From: Clostridiaceae bacterium
GTDB taxonomy: Bacteria > Bacillota > Clostridia > Saccharofermentanales > DTU023
Assembly (NCBI GenBank): GCA_012841015.1
Contig: DUVN01000023.1
Coordinates: 60,436-124,435, forward strand
DNA length: 64,000 nt
Direction: 5' to 3'
Shown: positions 28,418-38,741 of the stretch, piece by piece
Position numbering within the stretch: the first letter of the stretch is position 1
Layout of the letters: the number at the start of each line of letters is the position of its first letter
The notes under the pieces: generated by a model
Seen by the model: only the letters and a program-made list of their open reading frames with translations
The model's database searches: none
Told to the model about the DNA's origin: nothing
Position numbers and translations under genes: made by a program

Positions 28418-29491
28418 CTAATAGTGCGGTACCACGGCGGCCCAGCCGTGTATGTCATCGACGGTCTGACGTTGAATGCCGGTGAGTATATCGTAGAACA
28501 TCTGTGCAACAGGGCCGATCTCGCTGTTGTTGATGATGATTGATTTACCCATATATTCGAGTTCGCCAACAGGTGAGATGACGGCAGCCGTGCCCGTTCC
28601 GAATGCTTCTGTGAGGCGCCCTTCAGCGTGTGCTTCGTACAGCTCACGAACAGCGATACGGCGCTCTTCAACGATCATGTCGCGCTCTTTTGCGAGCGTA
28701 ATGACGGAGTCGCGCGTTATGCCGGGCAAGATGGTGTCACCGAGTTCCGCCGTGACGAGTTTGCCATCGATGACGAACATCATGTTCATGGCACCGACTT
28801 CCTCGACGTATTTTTGCTCGCGCCCGTCAAGCCAGAGAACTTGGTCAAACCCTTCGTCCATTGCCTCTTTCGTAGCCTTAAAACTGGCGGTATAGTTACC
28901 GCCTGTCTTCGCGCGCCCCATACCGCCTTTGACGGCGCGGACGTAACGCTGTTCGATACGGATACGGACTGGTTTCATACCATTTTTATAGTACGATCCT
29001 GACGGAGCGCAGATGACAAAGTAGATGAAGCGATCGGCAGAATTTGCGCCGAGGCTGTTCCCGTCGGCGATCATCGTCGGACGGATGTAGAGCGACGTTC
29101 CTTCACTATTCGGTACCCAGTCGCGATCGAGGTCGATTAAACGTAAAATAGCCTCCACCTGAAAATCTTCGTCGAGGGCGGGCATGCAGGTGCGGTCAGC
29201 GCTGCGATTCATGCGACGCGCATTATCGATAAGGCGGAAAGAACCGACTTCTCCGTTCGCCAATCTGTAGGCTTTTGTTCCCTCGAATATTTCCTGTCCG
29301 TAATGGAAAACAGGGGATGCCGGGTCGAGGCATAAGGGGCCGTACGGGACGATGCGCGCATCGTGCCATCCTATGCCATTGTCGTATTCGACAATAAACA
29401 TGTGGTCGGTAAAAATACGCGCAAAGCCGAGTTTGCTCTCGTCAGTCGGTTTGGCTTTTGGGTTGTCAGTTCTTGTAATCTTGATGTCCAT
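28418..29491 (-). CDS. ilvE: Branched-chain amino acid aminotransferase
   Basis: FTDHMF, EIFEGTKAY and the class-IV aminotransferase layout. ATG 29491 has an AAAGGA SD; the track TTG is at 29509. Confidence 0.9.
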   Translation of the reverse strand: MDIKITRTDNPKAKPTDESKLGFARIFTDHMFIVEYDNGIGWHDARIVPYGPLCLDPASPVFHYGQEIFEGTKAYRLANGEVGSFRLIDNARRMNRSADRTCMPALDEDFQVEAILRLIDLDRDWVPNSEGTSLYIRPTMIADGNSLGANSADRFIYFVICAPSGSYYKNGMKPVRIRIEQRYVRAVKGGMGRAKTGGNYTASFKATKEAMDEGFDQVLWLDGREQKYVEEVGAMNMMFVIDGKLVTAELGDTILPGITRDSVITLAKERDMIVEERRIAVRELYEAHAEGRLTEAFGTGTAAVISPVGELEYMGKSIIINNSEIGPVAQMFYDILTGIQRQTVDDIHGWAAVVPHY

Positions 29492-29636
29492 TGTTTGTCC
29501 TTTCTTCAATCAATCTTGCGCTGGCCTTGTGTGTTGTACGTTTCTTCCATGCGTGATTGATCGCGGGTCGTTCTGAGTCGGAATAGGCTTGCGGCGCCCC
29601 CTCACGCTGCACGCCCCCTCGGTGTTTATTATTCTC

Positions 29637-30179
29637 TCACAGGCGTACGCAGGCTGCGCCTCGCTGGAGGGCAACTTCGTTTAGCTCGACGAGGTGAGCT
29701 TTTTTGCCCGTAAAGATATTGCGCAACATGTCTACGACGGTCTCAAACGCTAAATATTTTGTCGCCTCAATGTAGGCGCCAAGCATGGCCATGTTGGCGA
29801 CGCGCATGTTGCCGAGCTCCGATGCGATTTCGAGTGATGGGACGTACACAGCTTGAACGTCGTCGCGTTGGACTTTGCGTTCAACGATCGACTCGTTGAC
29901 AAGGATTAAGCCACCTGGCTTAACGGAAGGCTCGAACTTATCAAGCGATGGCAGATTCATGGCGATAAGCTCACTCGGTTCGAGGACGATCGGCGAGATA
30001 ATCTCTGTATCGGCAATGACGACACTGCAGTTTGCCGTTCCACCCCGCATCTCTGGCCCATATGAGGGAAGCCAGCTGACATTCAGCCCTTGCGCCATCG
30101 CGGCTTCCGACATCGTCGTGCCGATCGCCATGACGCCTTGACCGCCGAAGCCTGCGACGATGATTTCATGATAAGCCAT
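29637..30179 (-). CDS. 2-oxoacid:ferredoxin oxidoreductase gamma subunit
   Basis: [11 protein letters not shown] motif and size of about 180 aa. Confidence 0.85.
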   Translation of the reverse strand: MAYHEIIVAGFGGQGVMAIGTTMSEAAMAQGLNVSWLPSYGPEMRGGTANCSVVIADTEIISPIVLEPSELIAMNLPSLDKFEPSVKPGGLILVNESIVERKVQRDDVQAVYVPSLEIASELGNMRVANMAMLGAYIEATKYLAFETVVDMLRNIFTGKKAHLVELNEVALQRGAACVRL

Positions 30180-30180
30180 C

Positions 30181-30930
30181 TCATGCCTCCTCTATTGTGA
30201 TGTCTTTATAGACGCCGAGCGGGAAGACGGGGATCATATTCTCGTTGAGCCATTCGAGGGCCTTAACGGGCGTCAGTCCCCAGTTTGTAGGACACGTTGA
30301 CAAGACTTCAATCATGGTAAACCCGCGTCCCTCAAGTTGCATTTCAAACGCCTTTTTTATAGCGCGTTTTGCCCTCATGACGTTCGCTGGTGAGGTAACG
30401 GTGACGCGCTCGATATAAGCTGAACCTTCGAGCGTTGCGAGCATCTCCGACATACGGATTGGCGAACCGGCGTGGCTCTTGTCGCGACCGAGAGGAGCTG
30501 TGGTGGCGCGCTGTCCGACGAGTGTCGTCGGCGCCATCTGACCGCCGGTCATGCCGTAAATGGCGTTGTTGACGAAGATGGTTGTGATGTTCTCACCGCG
30601 CATCGCCGCATGTGTGACTTCCGCTGTACCGATCGCAGCGAGGTCACCGTCTCCTTGATACGTGAAGACGACCTTATCCGGCAGTACGCGCTTGATGCCG
30701 GTTGCGACAGCTGGAGCGCGACCGTGTGCCGCTTCCTGCATATCGCAGTTAAAGTAGTCGTAGGCGAAAACGGAACATCCGACCGGCGCAACACCTATCG
30801 TCTTCCCGAGAATGCCAAGCTCTTCGAGCGTTTCAGCGACGAGCCTATGGATGATGCCATGGGTGCAGCCCGGGCAATAGTGAGTTTCAATATCGACGAG
30901 ACCTTTCGATTTCTGATAGACGATAGCCAT
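30181..30930 (-). CDS. 2-oxoacid:ferredoxin oxidoreductase beta subunit (TPP-binding)
   Basis: YCPGCTHG Cys motif and GDGD TPP motif. Confidence 0.9.
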   Translation of the reverse strand: MAIVYQKSKGLVDIETHYCPGCTHGIIHRLVAETLEELGILGKTIGVAPVGCSVFAYDYFNCDMQEAAHGRAPAVATGIKRVLPDKVVFTYQGDGDLAAIGTAEVTHAAMRGENITTIFVNNAIYGMTGGQMAPTTLVGQRATTAPLGRDKSHAGSPIRMSEMLATLEGSAYIERVTVTSPANVMRAKRAIKKAFEMQLEGRGFTMIEVLSTCPTNWGLTPVKALEWLNENMIPVFPLGVYKDITIEEA

Positions 30931-30934
30931 AGTC

Positions 30935-32002
30935 TTACCTCCCCAAAGCTTTCAACGCGGCATCTGCCACTTCGCGAGGTGTTGGGACAACGCCACCCGC
31001 ACGCCCGATGAAGGAAACAGGTTTAATACCGTTGACGCCGATGCGCACATCGTCGATCATCTGTCCCATGCTCATTTCAACGGTCACAAGCGCCTTGACG
31101 CTTTCCTGTGCGGCGACCTTATGGAGTGCTTCATAAGGGTATGGCCAGACGGTAATCGGGCGGAAGACACCGGCTCTTATACCCTCCTTTTCGAGAAGGC
31201 CTGCAGCGGCACGTGCTAGACGTGCCGGAGTGCCATAGGCGACGAAGATGATTTCGGCGCCGTCCACGTCATTTGTCTCATAACGCTGTTCGTTTTCAAT
31301 GACGCGACGGTATTTTTCCTCCAGACGGTGGTTGTGGACATTGCACGCTTCCGAATCGATAAAAAGAGAATTGATGATGTTCGGTGCGCGCTTCTCGTTT
31401 GTGCCGGTTGTTGACCACGGTTTTTCAGGCAGATCATCTGGAGACAGAGCCGGTTTTTTCCATTCGATCGGCTCCATCATCTGGCCGATCATGCCGTCGA
31501 GAAGCATCATGACGGGCATGCGGTAATGGTCGGCCAATTCAAAGGCCTCCTGCATCAAGTCGACGACTTCCTGAATATTCGCTGGCGCAAATACGATCAA
31601 ACGATAGTCACCGTTGCCCCCGCCGCGCGTCGCTTGGTAATAGTCGCCTTGAGCAGGCTGAATTGTTCCGAGTCCGGGACCTCCGCGCATGACGTTGACG
31701 ATGACTCCCGGAAGCTCCGCGCCGCACATGTAGGAGATGCCCTCCTGTTTTAAGCTGACGCCGGGCGACGATGAGGATGTCATCACGCGTGCGCCCGCTC
31801 CCGCGGCTCCGTAGACCATGTTGATCGCGGCGATTTCTGATTCAGATTGTAGGAAGATGCCTCCTACCTTCGGCATGTGAAGAGACATATATTCAGGAAT
31901 TTCGCTCTGTGGTGTGATCGGGTAACCGAAATAGCATCGACATCCGGCGCGAATGGCCGCTTCTGCGATCGCTTCGTTGCCCTTCCAAAGTTCTTTTGCC
32001 AT
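30935..32002 (-). CDS. 2-oxoacid:ferredoxin oxidoreductase alpha subunit (VorB-like)
   Basis: [44 protein letters not shown] precedes ATG 32002. The track start at 32083 overlaps the delta subunit gene. Confidence 0.9.
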   Translation of the reverse strand: MAKELWKGNEAIAEAAIRAGCRCYFGYPITPQSEIPEYMSLHMPKVGGIFLQSESEIAAINMVYGAAGAGARVMTSSSSPGVSLKQEGISYMCGAELPGVIVNVMRGGPGLGTIQPAQGDYYQATRGGGNGDYRLIVFAPANIQEVVDLMQEAFELADHYRMPVMMLLDGMIGQMMEPIEWKKPALSPDDLPEKPWSTTGTNEKRAPNIINSLFIDSEACNVHNHRLEEKYRRVIENEQRYETNDVDGAEIIFVAYGTPARLARAAAGLLEKEGIRAGVFRPITVWPYPYEALHKVAAQESVKALVTVEMSMGQMIDDVRIGVNGIKPVSFIGRAGGVVPTPREVADAALKALGR

Positions 32003-32016
32003 ACTGACACCCCCTT

Positions 32017-32241
32017 CTATGCACGTTCTACGGTGATAATGGAGTCGGGGCACATGCGCGCACAGCTGGCGCACCCGATGCATTTGTCCATTTCCTTAAC
32101 CGTGGCGGGGTGATACCCTTTGCGGTTCGTGATACTCTCATCGAGAAATATGATTTTTTTCGGACAAACCGAGATACAAAGACCACAACCTTTGCACCAG
32201 TCCTGCCGAAATGTTACTCTTCCCTTTGCCATGCGAGTCAT
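32017..32241 (-). CDS. 2-oxoacid:ferredoxin oxidoreductase delta subunit (2x[4Fe-4S] ferredoxin)
   Basis: CKGCGLCISVCP and CIGCASCARMCP. Confidence 0.85.
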   Translation of the reverse strand: MTRMAKGRVTFRQDWCKGCGLCISVCPKKIIFLDESITNRKGYHPATVKEMDKCIGCASCARMCPDSIITVERA

Positions 32242-32933
32242 CCACCTCCTTTATTGTCACTCAATTCCCATGGTTTTGTCATATACCGGTCTATCGGGAA
32301 AAAAGAGCCTTCTAGCCTGCCTTTCAATTCTACTCCAAATTTACGCTCACCAACGGTATAAATAAGCGGCAGGTTAACAGCCTTTGCGACATTCGCTGCG
32401 AATGCATCACCGCACAAAATGACATCTGCCGTTGTCTCATCGCCTAGATGTGTGTTGTTGACGATTCCCGTTATGCGCTGCTTGCTCATCGCCTCAGTCA
32501 TCCACAGGTAATGGCTGACCTTGTCGATTGTCGCATTTTCTACGCGATTTTTGTTGATCACAAACCAAAAATCAAAATCGATCTGGTCGAGCTGTGGCTG
32601 ATAAACGCCGAGAAGGCGTGCTCCCACAGGGTCGCCTCCGAGGTCGATGATGCTCTGCTGCTGTCGATTCACAAAAATTGACATAATGTCGGGAGGAAGA
32701 GACGGAATGTCAGCTTTTCCGAAGTTTGACGTCACGAAAACAGTAACCCCCTCACGCTCGAGTTCACGGCTCCGCTCATACGATCGAAAGTAGGGGTTGA
32801 TGATATCGAGATCGGCAAGCGCTGTCTTACGGCCGTCGCGCGCCATGGCAAAGGCGAGGTTAACGGCAAATTCCGTCTTCCCCGTCCCAAAATGTCCAGA
32901 GACGATCGTGATTTGTTTATCAGGCAGTTTCAA
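32238..32933 (-). CDS. P-loop NTPase of unknown role (MinD/ParA/CooC-superfamily-like, deviant Walker A)
   Basis: SGHFGTGKTE Walker A and DLDIINP. It has a 4-nt overlap with the delta subunit gene and a 4-nt gap to buk. Confidence 0.6.
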   Translation of the reverse strand: MKLPDKQITIVSGHFGTGKTEFAVNLAFAMARDGRKTALADLDIINPYFRSYERSRELEREGVTVFVTSNFGKADIPSLPPDIMSIFVNRQQQSIIDLGGDPVGARLLGVYQPQLDQIDFDFWFVINKNRVENATIDKVSHYLWMTEAMSKQRITGIVNNTHLGDETTADVILCGDAFAANVAKAVNLPLIYTVGERKFGVELKGRLEGSFFPIDRYMTKPWELSDNKGGG

Positions 32934-32937
32934 GCCG

Positions 32938-34008
32938 TCACTCCTTTTCGTAGATATGTATCGGCTCGTGTCCCGCTAACGCTTCACGAACGGCGTCCCC
33001 TAGCGCTGATAGTTCATCTTCTCCGGGATACACATGAACTGGAGCGATAAAATCAATGCGATCAACGATCCATTCGACGAACTGTTCGCTGTTGGCGAGA
33101 CCTCCGGTGAGCAAAATGGCTTCGACGTCGCCTTTGAGAACTGCTGCGGCACTGCCGATCTCTTTAGCTATTTGGTAGGCCATCGCCTCGTAAATAAGGC
33201 CTGCTTTCTCGTCGCCAGCATTCATTCTGTGTTCAACCTCACGAGCGTCATTCGTCCCGAAATATGAGGTTAGACCGCCTCCCCCGACGAGTGCTTTTTT
33301 CAGTTCTCTCTCGGAATATTGACCTGAATAACAGAGCTCGATAAGCGCAAAGATTGGAAGACCTCCGGAGCGTTCCGGCGAGAAAGGACCATCACCCGAC
33401 AGCGCGTTGTTGACGTCAATTACTTTTCCCTTTCGGTGCGCGCCGACGGAGATGCCTCCGCCCATGTGTGCGATGATCAAGTTACAGTCTTGAGGCGATC
33501 TGCCCGATTCACGACAAAAACGTCGTGCGACAGCCTTCTGGTTCAAAGCGTGAAAGATTGAAATTCTTTCAATCGTATGCCAGCCGGAGACACGTGCCAC
33601 GGGCTCCAATTCGTCGACGATGACGGGATCGGCGATGTATGCTTTGAGCCCGTAATTGATCGCAATGTTGTGAGCAAGGATGCCACCAAGATTACTTGAA
33701 TGCCATCCGTACCGGCACGTCATCATGTCGTCGATCATGTCGTCGTTGACCTCGTAGACACCTCCGTCCAGCGGGTGCAAGAGACCGCCACGCCCGACGA
33801 TCGCATCCATCGAATCGAAATCAATATTCTCTTCGTTTAAGATGTCGAGGATGAGCTTCTGTCTGACAGGCAGCTGACTTTCAAGGTCCTGCAAGTGCTC
33901 CATTTCAGCGCCATGGCGGATTGTTTTCGTGAAAGTGAGTTCACCGTTCTCGTGAATGCCAACCTTTGTCGATGTTGAACCCGGATTGATGATGAGTAAT
34001 CGTGTCAT
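32938..34008 (-). CDS. buk: Butyrate (branched-chain acyl) kinase
   Basis: LIINPGSTSTK and IIAHMGGGISVG motifs. Confidence 0.95.
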   Translation of the reverse strand: MTRLLIINPGSTSTKVGIHENGELTFTKTIRHGAEMEHLQDLESQLPVRQKLILDILNEENIDFDSMDAIVGRGGLLHPLDGGVYEVNDDMIDDMMTCRYGWHSSNLGGILAHNIAINYGLKAYIADPVIVDELEPVARVSGWHTIERISIFHALNQKAVARRFCRESGRSPQDCNLIIAHMGGGISVGAHRKGKVIDVNNALSGDGPFSPERSGGLPIFALIELCYSGQYSERELKKALVGGGGLTSYFGTNDAREVEHRMNAGDEKAGLIYEAMAYQIAKEIGSAAAVLKGDVEAILLTGGLANSEQFVEWIVDRIDFIAPVHVYPGEDELSALGDAVREALAGHEPIHIYEKE

Positions 34009-34094
34009 CGCTATCTATCCTGCTTTGTGATGTTAAAACTCTACCCTCTATCGTTGCATTTCGTATCTACGCCATGCCTCCTTTGCCGTGTACG

Positions 34095-35018
34095 TTATCT
34101 CTCAGCTTCGCGCCGTTCTTGTTCGGCGGCAAGGAAAAGGGCAAGCGTGATGGAGTTAAGTTTCGTTTCTTTTGTATCGCTTCTCGATGGCATAATGACA
34201 GGTGCTTTTGCCCCAAGAGCAATACCGGCTCCGGGGAACTCACACAAGAAAGCAAATGCTTTGTACAGCATATTCCCCGCTTCGATGTTGGGCATGAGCA
34301 AGATGTCCGCATGACCTGCAACCGGATCTGTGATGCCTTTGTGACGTGCCGCATCTTGGAAAAGCGCATTATCGAGTGCGAAAGGGCCGCCTACGCGGCA
34401 CCCTGTCAGCTCGCCATCCCTATTCATCTGGACAAGTGCTTCCGCATCGACGGTCGCTTGCATAGCAGGATTGACCTTCTCAAGAGCACAGACGCACGCG
34501 ACCTGAGGCTCGTCGATACCGAGCAGATGCGCGGCGTTAACGGCGTTCTCGATGATGAGTTTTTTCGTTTTGAGATCGGGAGCGATACAGATCGCCGTGT
34601 CAGTCATGATCAGGGGACGGTTAAATCTTGAGACAAAAAAAAGACCAATATACGACATCAAGTCTTTGTCTCGTATTCCCGTTTCGCGATTTAATATCGC
34701 CTTGAGTACATAGGCGGTACCGACAAGTCCTTTCATGATGGCATCAGCATATCCTTGCCGTATCAATCGAACAGCCAAGTTACATGCTGCAACGTCGTCC
34801 ACTTCATCGATGATTTCGTATTGTTCAGTTCTGACCCCGCAACGATTGCCGATTTCGATAATGTCCTTGCGTCGACCGATGAGGATCGGATCGACGATCC
34901 CTAAAGTCGCCGCCTTGTCAACGGAGAGTAGTACATTTTCATCCTGAGCGGCGACGACTGCCATGCGTCGCCGCCCCGAATCAAGAATTTTCTCAATCAG
35001 TAAATCGAAATACTGCAT
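34095..35018 (-). CDS. ptb: Phosphate butyryltransferase
   Basis: PTA_PTB family sequence (..AVVAAQDENVL.., ..IMPSRSD..), about 300 aa, upstream of buk. Confidence 0.9.
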   Translation of the reverse strand: MQYFDLLIEKILDSGRRRMAVVAAQDENVLLSVDKAATLGIVDPILIGRRKDIIEIGNRCGVRTEQYEIIDEVDDVAACNLAVRLIRQGYADAIMKGLVGTAYVLKAILNRETGIRDKDLMSYIGLFFVSRFNRPLIMTDTAICIAPDLKTKKLIIENAVNAAHLLGIDEPQVACVCALEKVNPAMQATVDAEALVQMNRDGELTGCRVGGPFALDNALFQDAARHKGITDPVAGHADILLMPNIEAGNMLYKAFAFLCEFPGAGIALGAKAPVIMPSRSDTKETKLNSITLALFLAAEQERREAER

Positions 35019-35352
35019 CGTAGATCCTTTCCGGATTGGTCGCTTCTAGGCCTAGTCGTCCTCTTGACACCTTTCCACCTCATTGACTGTGACGTAATCA
35101 CATCGGTGGTTGCCGAGCACGGCCTCTGCCAAACAACGTGACCAATATATTCTCTGACCCTTGCACATCACTCGTTATACAATCATTCACCGTATGATGA
35201 ATATAGGTCGATTATGATTTCAGTGTACTCTATTATGGAACGAGAGGTCAAACTGAATAGGTGTGCTGAGGCATGGCTCGTCATATAAAAAGGAGTCGAA
35301 TTGTCCTTCGACTCCCTTTCATCCATTTACTATCTTGTGATACTCGTCGTAT

Positions 35353-37212
35353 CTAATCTCTTTGTTTCGATGTCATCTTCTTGCGAGAGACGATCAACAA
35401 GGCTCCTGCCGACAAGAGCGCTACTCCCCGCCATAAGACGATTCCACGGCTTTCTCCCGTCGCCGGCAGTGGAGTGGGTTGATCAGCTTTATCAACCTTT
35501 GGGAGAGGTGTGGGGTTATCGCCGGTACCCGGAGGATTCTTGGGTGTTGCGCCCTCACTCGGAGGAATATCGGGTGTTTCGCCAGTTTCCGCAAGCGGAG
35601 GAAAGTAAAAAACAACGTGCAAGTAGTCTGGATAATAATGGATGTCGGCCTCTTCTTCATTTACATTAGCAGTCAAAACAGTATGATGTACAAGGGCATA
35701 ATCTGCCGTGGCATCTATAGCCATTTCAATTGCGTACTGCTTCCCAGCCTCAAAAGTCGCGCCTGACTCTAGAGGAGATAAGGTACTGTTTTCAGCATCA
35801 AACTCGCACCAAAATGATTCTCCGCTAACGAGCACGACACCTTCAGTTGCACAATTAATACCATCTACAGTCGGCAATGCGCCTACCGCAGGCGGGGTTA
35901 CCCCGGTAATGTCTACATGGTCGATCATTGTTAACGGAGTTTCAGGTTTCCAGAGTGCCTTCACTTCGATGTCTTTGGTGACCTTGATACTTTCGCTGGG
36001 CTGCTTTTCGGAGCCGTTCACTTCCCACGCTTTGAATGTCATCCCTGTCGGAGCTGTAAACTCACTCGCGGGCAAGACGTAGTCGGAATTAGGTTCGACG
36101 GGGATGTTGATCGGCGCATCAAGGCCGCCATTATTTGGATTGAGCGTAACATTGAAGAGAACCTGTTTGTATCTTAAACCGATGCTTACCTTCATGTATT
36201 TATCAGGAAATGTCTTAGCTTTTACATCATAGTGATAAATAATGTCGTTTAGTTTTTCAGACGGATGAATTTTTAAGATGCCGGTGTTCTTGTCATAACT
36301 CGCGCTTTCCGGAAGGGCGCTTTCGTCGAGAGCCAGTACTTGTACAATCCGTGAGATGTCGACGTCATGAATGCCGGATAGGTCAAACTCATAAAAGCCA
36401 TCGCGATATGTGCTGTTTAACTCTACGTCGGTAGGTTGCGTACCCAAATCAAGTCTTTCCAAGTTAACGTTCTTCTCTAGATCAAGAGCTGTGAGCTTGT
36501 TACCAAAGGCCTTTAAATGCGTCAGTTTCGTATTGTGGCTAACGTCGAGAGAGCGAAGATTGTTTGCTTGGCACGAAAGTACTTCCAGATTAGTACATTT
36601 GCTAAGATCAAGAGACTCGAGCTCGTTATCTTCGCAGAATATTTCCTTCAGCGTGTCGCTGTTCGGCAGCGTCAGAGAGCGGACGCCGGATTTTCTAAAC
36701 TCTAAAAACAGCAATTGGTTATTGTTCGTAAGATTGAGAGAGGTAAGTCTCCTATTGTTATTACACATTAATACTCCCAAGGCACTGCAACCGCTTACAT
36801 CAAGTTCGTAAAGCTCTCCGCAATTTTCACAAACCAATGTCTCCAAGTCAGGAAGCATACTCACGTCAAGGCTGGCTCCGTCTCCGGCGAGCGGATTATT
36901 TTGGGCATTAAGGGTTATTAGCTTGCTAAAGTGTTCAATGCCTTTGAAATTCTTGATCCCTTTTCTATCGCACCACAGGCCTCCTACATTATCTCGCTCA
37001 GCCTGCGACAATACGTTATCCATAATTCCGTCGGTATTCCCGTCGGCATTTTTTACGTATTCCCTAAAATTAACATCCGGGAAATTTATTGCGTTGATCT
37101 CCACATCATAGGGCGCCGCTGTGACGGGTACGGACTGATAGACCTGCACGACAAACGATGCCAATAGGGCTAATACGATCAGCATGGCTGTTCTTTGGGC
37201 TTTTCTCTTCAT
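35353..37212 (-). CDS. LPXTG-anchored leucine-rich-repeat surface protein with a Listeria-Bacteroides (InlB B-type) repeat
   Basis: Signal peptide, 22-aa LRRs (L..L.C..N.L..LD), FNVTLNPNNGG...FKAW, and LPATGE followed by a hydrophobic stretch and an RKK tail. Confidence 0.85.
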   Translation of the reverse strand: MKRKAQRTAMLIVLALLASFVVQVYQSVPVTAAPYDVEINAINFPDVNFREYVKNADGNTDGIMDNVLSQAERDNVGGLWCDRKGIKNFKGIEHFSKLITLNAQNNPLAGDGASLDVSMLPDLETLVCENCGELYELDVSGCSALGVLMCNNNRRLTSLNLTNNNQLLFLEFRKSGVRSLTLPNSDTLKEIFCEDNELESLDLSKCTNLEVLSCQANNLRSLDVSHNTKLTHLKAFGNKLTALDLEKNVNLERLDLGTQPTDVELNSTYRDGFYEFDLSGIHDVDISRIVQVLALDESALPESASYDKNTGILKIHPSEKLNDIIYHYDVKAKTFPDKYMKVSIGLRYKQVLFNVTLNPNNGGLDAPINIPVEPNSDYVLPASEFTAPTGMTFKAWEVNGSEKQPSESIKVTKDIEVKALWKPETPLTMIDHVDITGVTPPAVGALPTVDGINCATEGVVLVSGESFWCEFDAENSTLSPLESGATFEAGKQYAIEMAIDATADYALVHHTVLTANVNEEEADIHYYPDYLHVVFYFPPLAETGETPDIPPSEGATPKNPPGTGDNPTPLPKVDKADQPTPLPATGESRGIVLWRGVALLSAGALLIVSRKKMTSKQRD

Positions 37213-37547
37213 TGTTTATAATCTCCTTGATTCTTTGAGCCGGCTCTCTGCCGGCACGGCCGCTGTGTGTTATGCCTTACGGCTTAGTCTCTGAGATGCA
37301 AATCGGTGGGTTCAATATACCATAAAGAAATGCTTAGTAACCAAAAAGAATTGTAAAATATTGATGAGCTGAGAAATATAGCTTGTATAAAGAGTTGAAT
37401 GTTGTGTATATTAAATGTGGATTTTAAGCTTGAATACCAAAGTAAATCGGATCGCAAGACGTTCAGGGTGCTGTTTGCGTCGGCATTCTGCGGTGCCATA
37501 ACGGCTGATATAATGAATGCGCGATACATTCACCAAGGAGAGGCGAG

Positions 37548-38339
37548 ATGATGAATAATCCGTGGAGACTGTACGACGCCCTGATCGAGGGCGTCGATCC
37601 CTCATGGACAGTAGACTACTATTCGCAAGGCGCGACATGGTGTGAAGTCTTTTCCGGCGACCATTCGGGGATCGCCATGTGTATGCACGAACGCGGACCT
37701 GGCTCACAGTTTTCCGAACCCGTCGAAGGGATGTTGTTGCGGGACATGGCGGCGATGGTCAAATCATGGAATTTTCTCGAGGCATCGCTCGGAACGGCGG
37801 CGCTGAACTGCTACTACAACACCGTCGACAAAGTGAACAGGCTCGGTGGTTTTCGCGGGTTGGAGATCGGTACGGGCGCCATCGATTTAGAGAAACGCAA
37901 ACAGCTGAACGCTTTTATCGCTTTTCAAGACGAAATCGCCGGCAAGAAGGTCGCCGTCATCGGTCACTTTCCTCACATTGAGCGCAAGATCGGCGGCATT
38001 TCCGACTTGATTGTCATCGAGCGCCGCCCTCAAAGAGGCGATTACCCCGATCCCGCCTCTGAGTACATTCTCCGAGATCAAGATTACGTCTTTATCACGG
38101 GCTCTACCTTGACGAATAAAACGCTTCCGCGGTTGCTTGAAGTTACGGGTGACCACTGCAAAGTGAGTCTCGTCGGCCCTTCCGCCTGCATGGCGCCTGT
38201 TTTCTTTGACATGGGTGTTGACAATATTTCAGGTTATTGCGCCACCGATCAAAAGCTTATCGATCAGGCGATCCGCCGCGGCGACGTGATGGCGATCTAT
38301 GATGCGGGCTACATGGTAAGCATTGATCGTCCGTCATAA
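37548..38339 (+). CDS. DUF4213/DUF364 (Rossmann-like, putative chelatase-type) protein
   Basis: Family-like N-terminus (LYDALIEGV...) and VAVIGHFP Rossmann segment. AAGGAGAGG SD. Confidence 0.65.
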   Translation: MMNNPWRLYDALIEGVDPSWTVDYYSQGATWCEVFSGDHSGIAMCMHERGPGSQFSEPVEGMLLRDMAAMVKSWNFLEASLGTAALNCYYNTVDKVNRLGGFRGLEIGTGAIDLEKRKQLNAFIAFQDEIAGKKVAVIGHFPHIERKIGGISDLIVIERRPQRGDYPDPASEYILRDQDYVFITGSTLTNKTLPRLLEVTGDHCKVSLVGPSACMAPVFFDMGVDNISGYCATDQKLIDQAIRRGDVMAIYDAGYMVSIDRPS

Positions 38340-38741
38340 AATCGTTCCCGTCGTTTCAGGAAAGCCGGTCTCTAAACCACATCAATGACAATTTTAAGAA
38401 AATAATCATCGTCAAAGACGCCCCGAAGCATTGGCGGACGGAGACAGGTATTTTAGTCCTCGGTGTGTTTGAGTTTCTTCTCAATCAAGACAGCCTTGAT
38501 TGCTGAACGCGCTCTATTGAAAAAGAGTGACAGAACTGAAGAAAGTTTTCAATAGAGAGTACGTGTCAGTCGCGTTGTTCTGCTGTCATCTATGCAAGAC
38601 GAAGAGAAGTAAGAAGGGTGCAATGGGTTCAAGCCCATGCCACAACATTCAGGGCTTGACTAGATGCGCGACGGAACAGTGCTGGTAACACGGAATTTAC
38701 GTGTTATCAGCAAAGAGCACTTTGTAAGCCGTTTATCCTTG

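Noticed and set aside
38512-38557. A perfect 12-bp inverted repeat (CTCTATTGAAAA / TTTTCAATAGAG) considered as an invertible promoter switch
   Set aside because: The enclosed segment is only 22 nt, too short to hold a promoter, and there is no nearby recombinase. It is more likely a simple hairpin.
38624-38640. A tRNA-like T-arm (ATGGG-TTCAAGC-CCCAT) that might mark a tRNA or an integration att site
   Set aside because: No complementary acceptor stem, D-arm or anticodon arm exists upstream, and no integrase or direct-repeat partner is present in the window.
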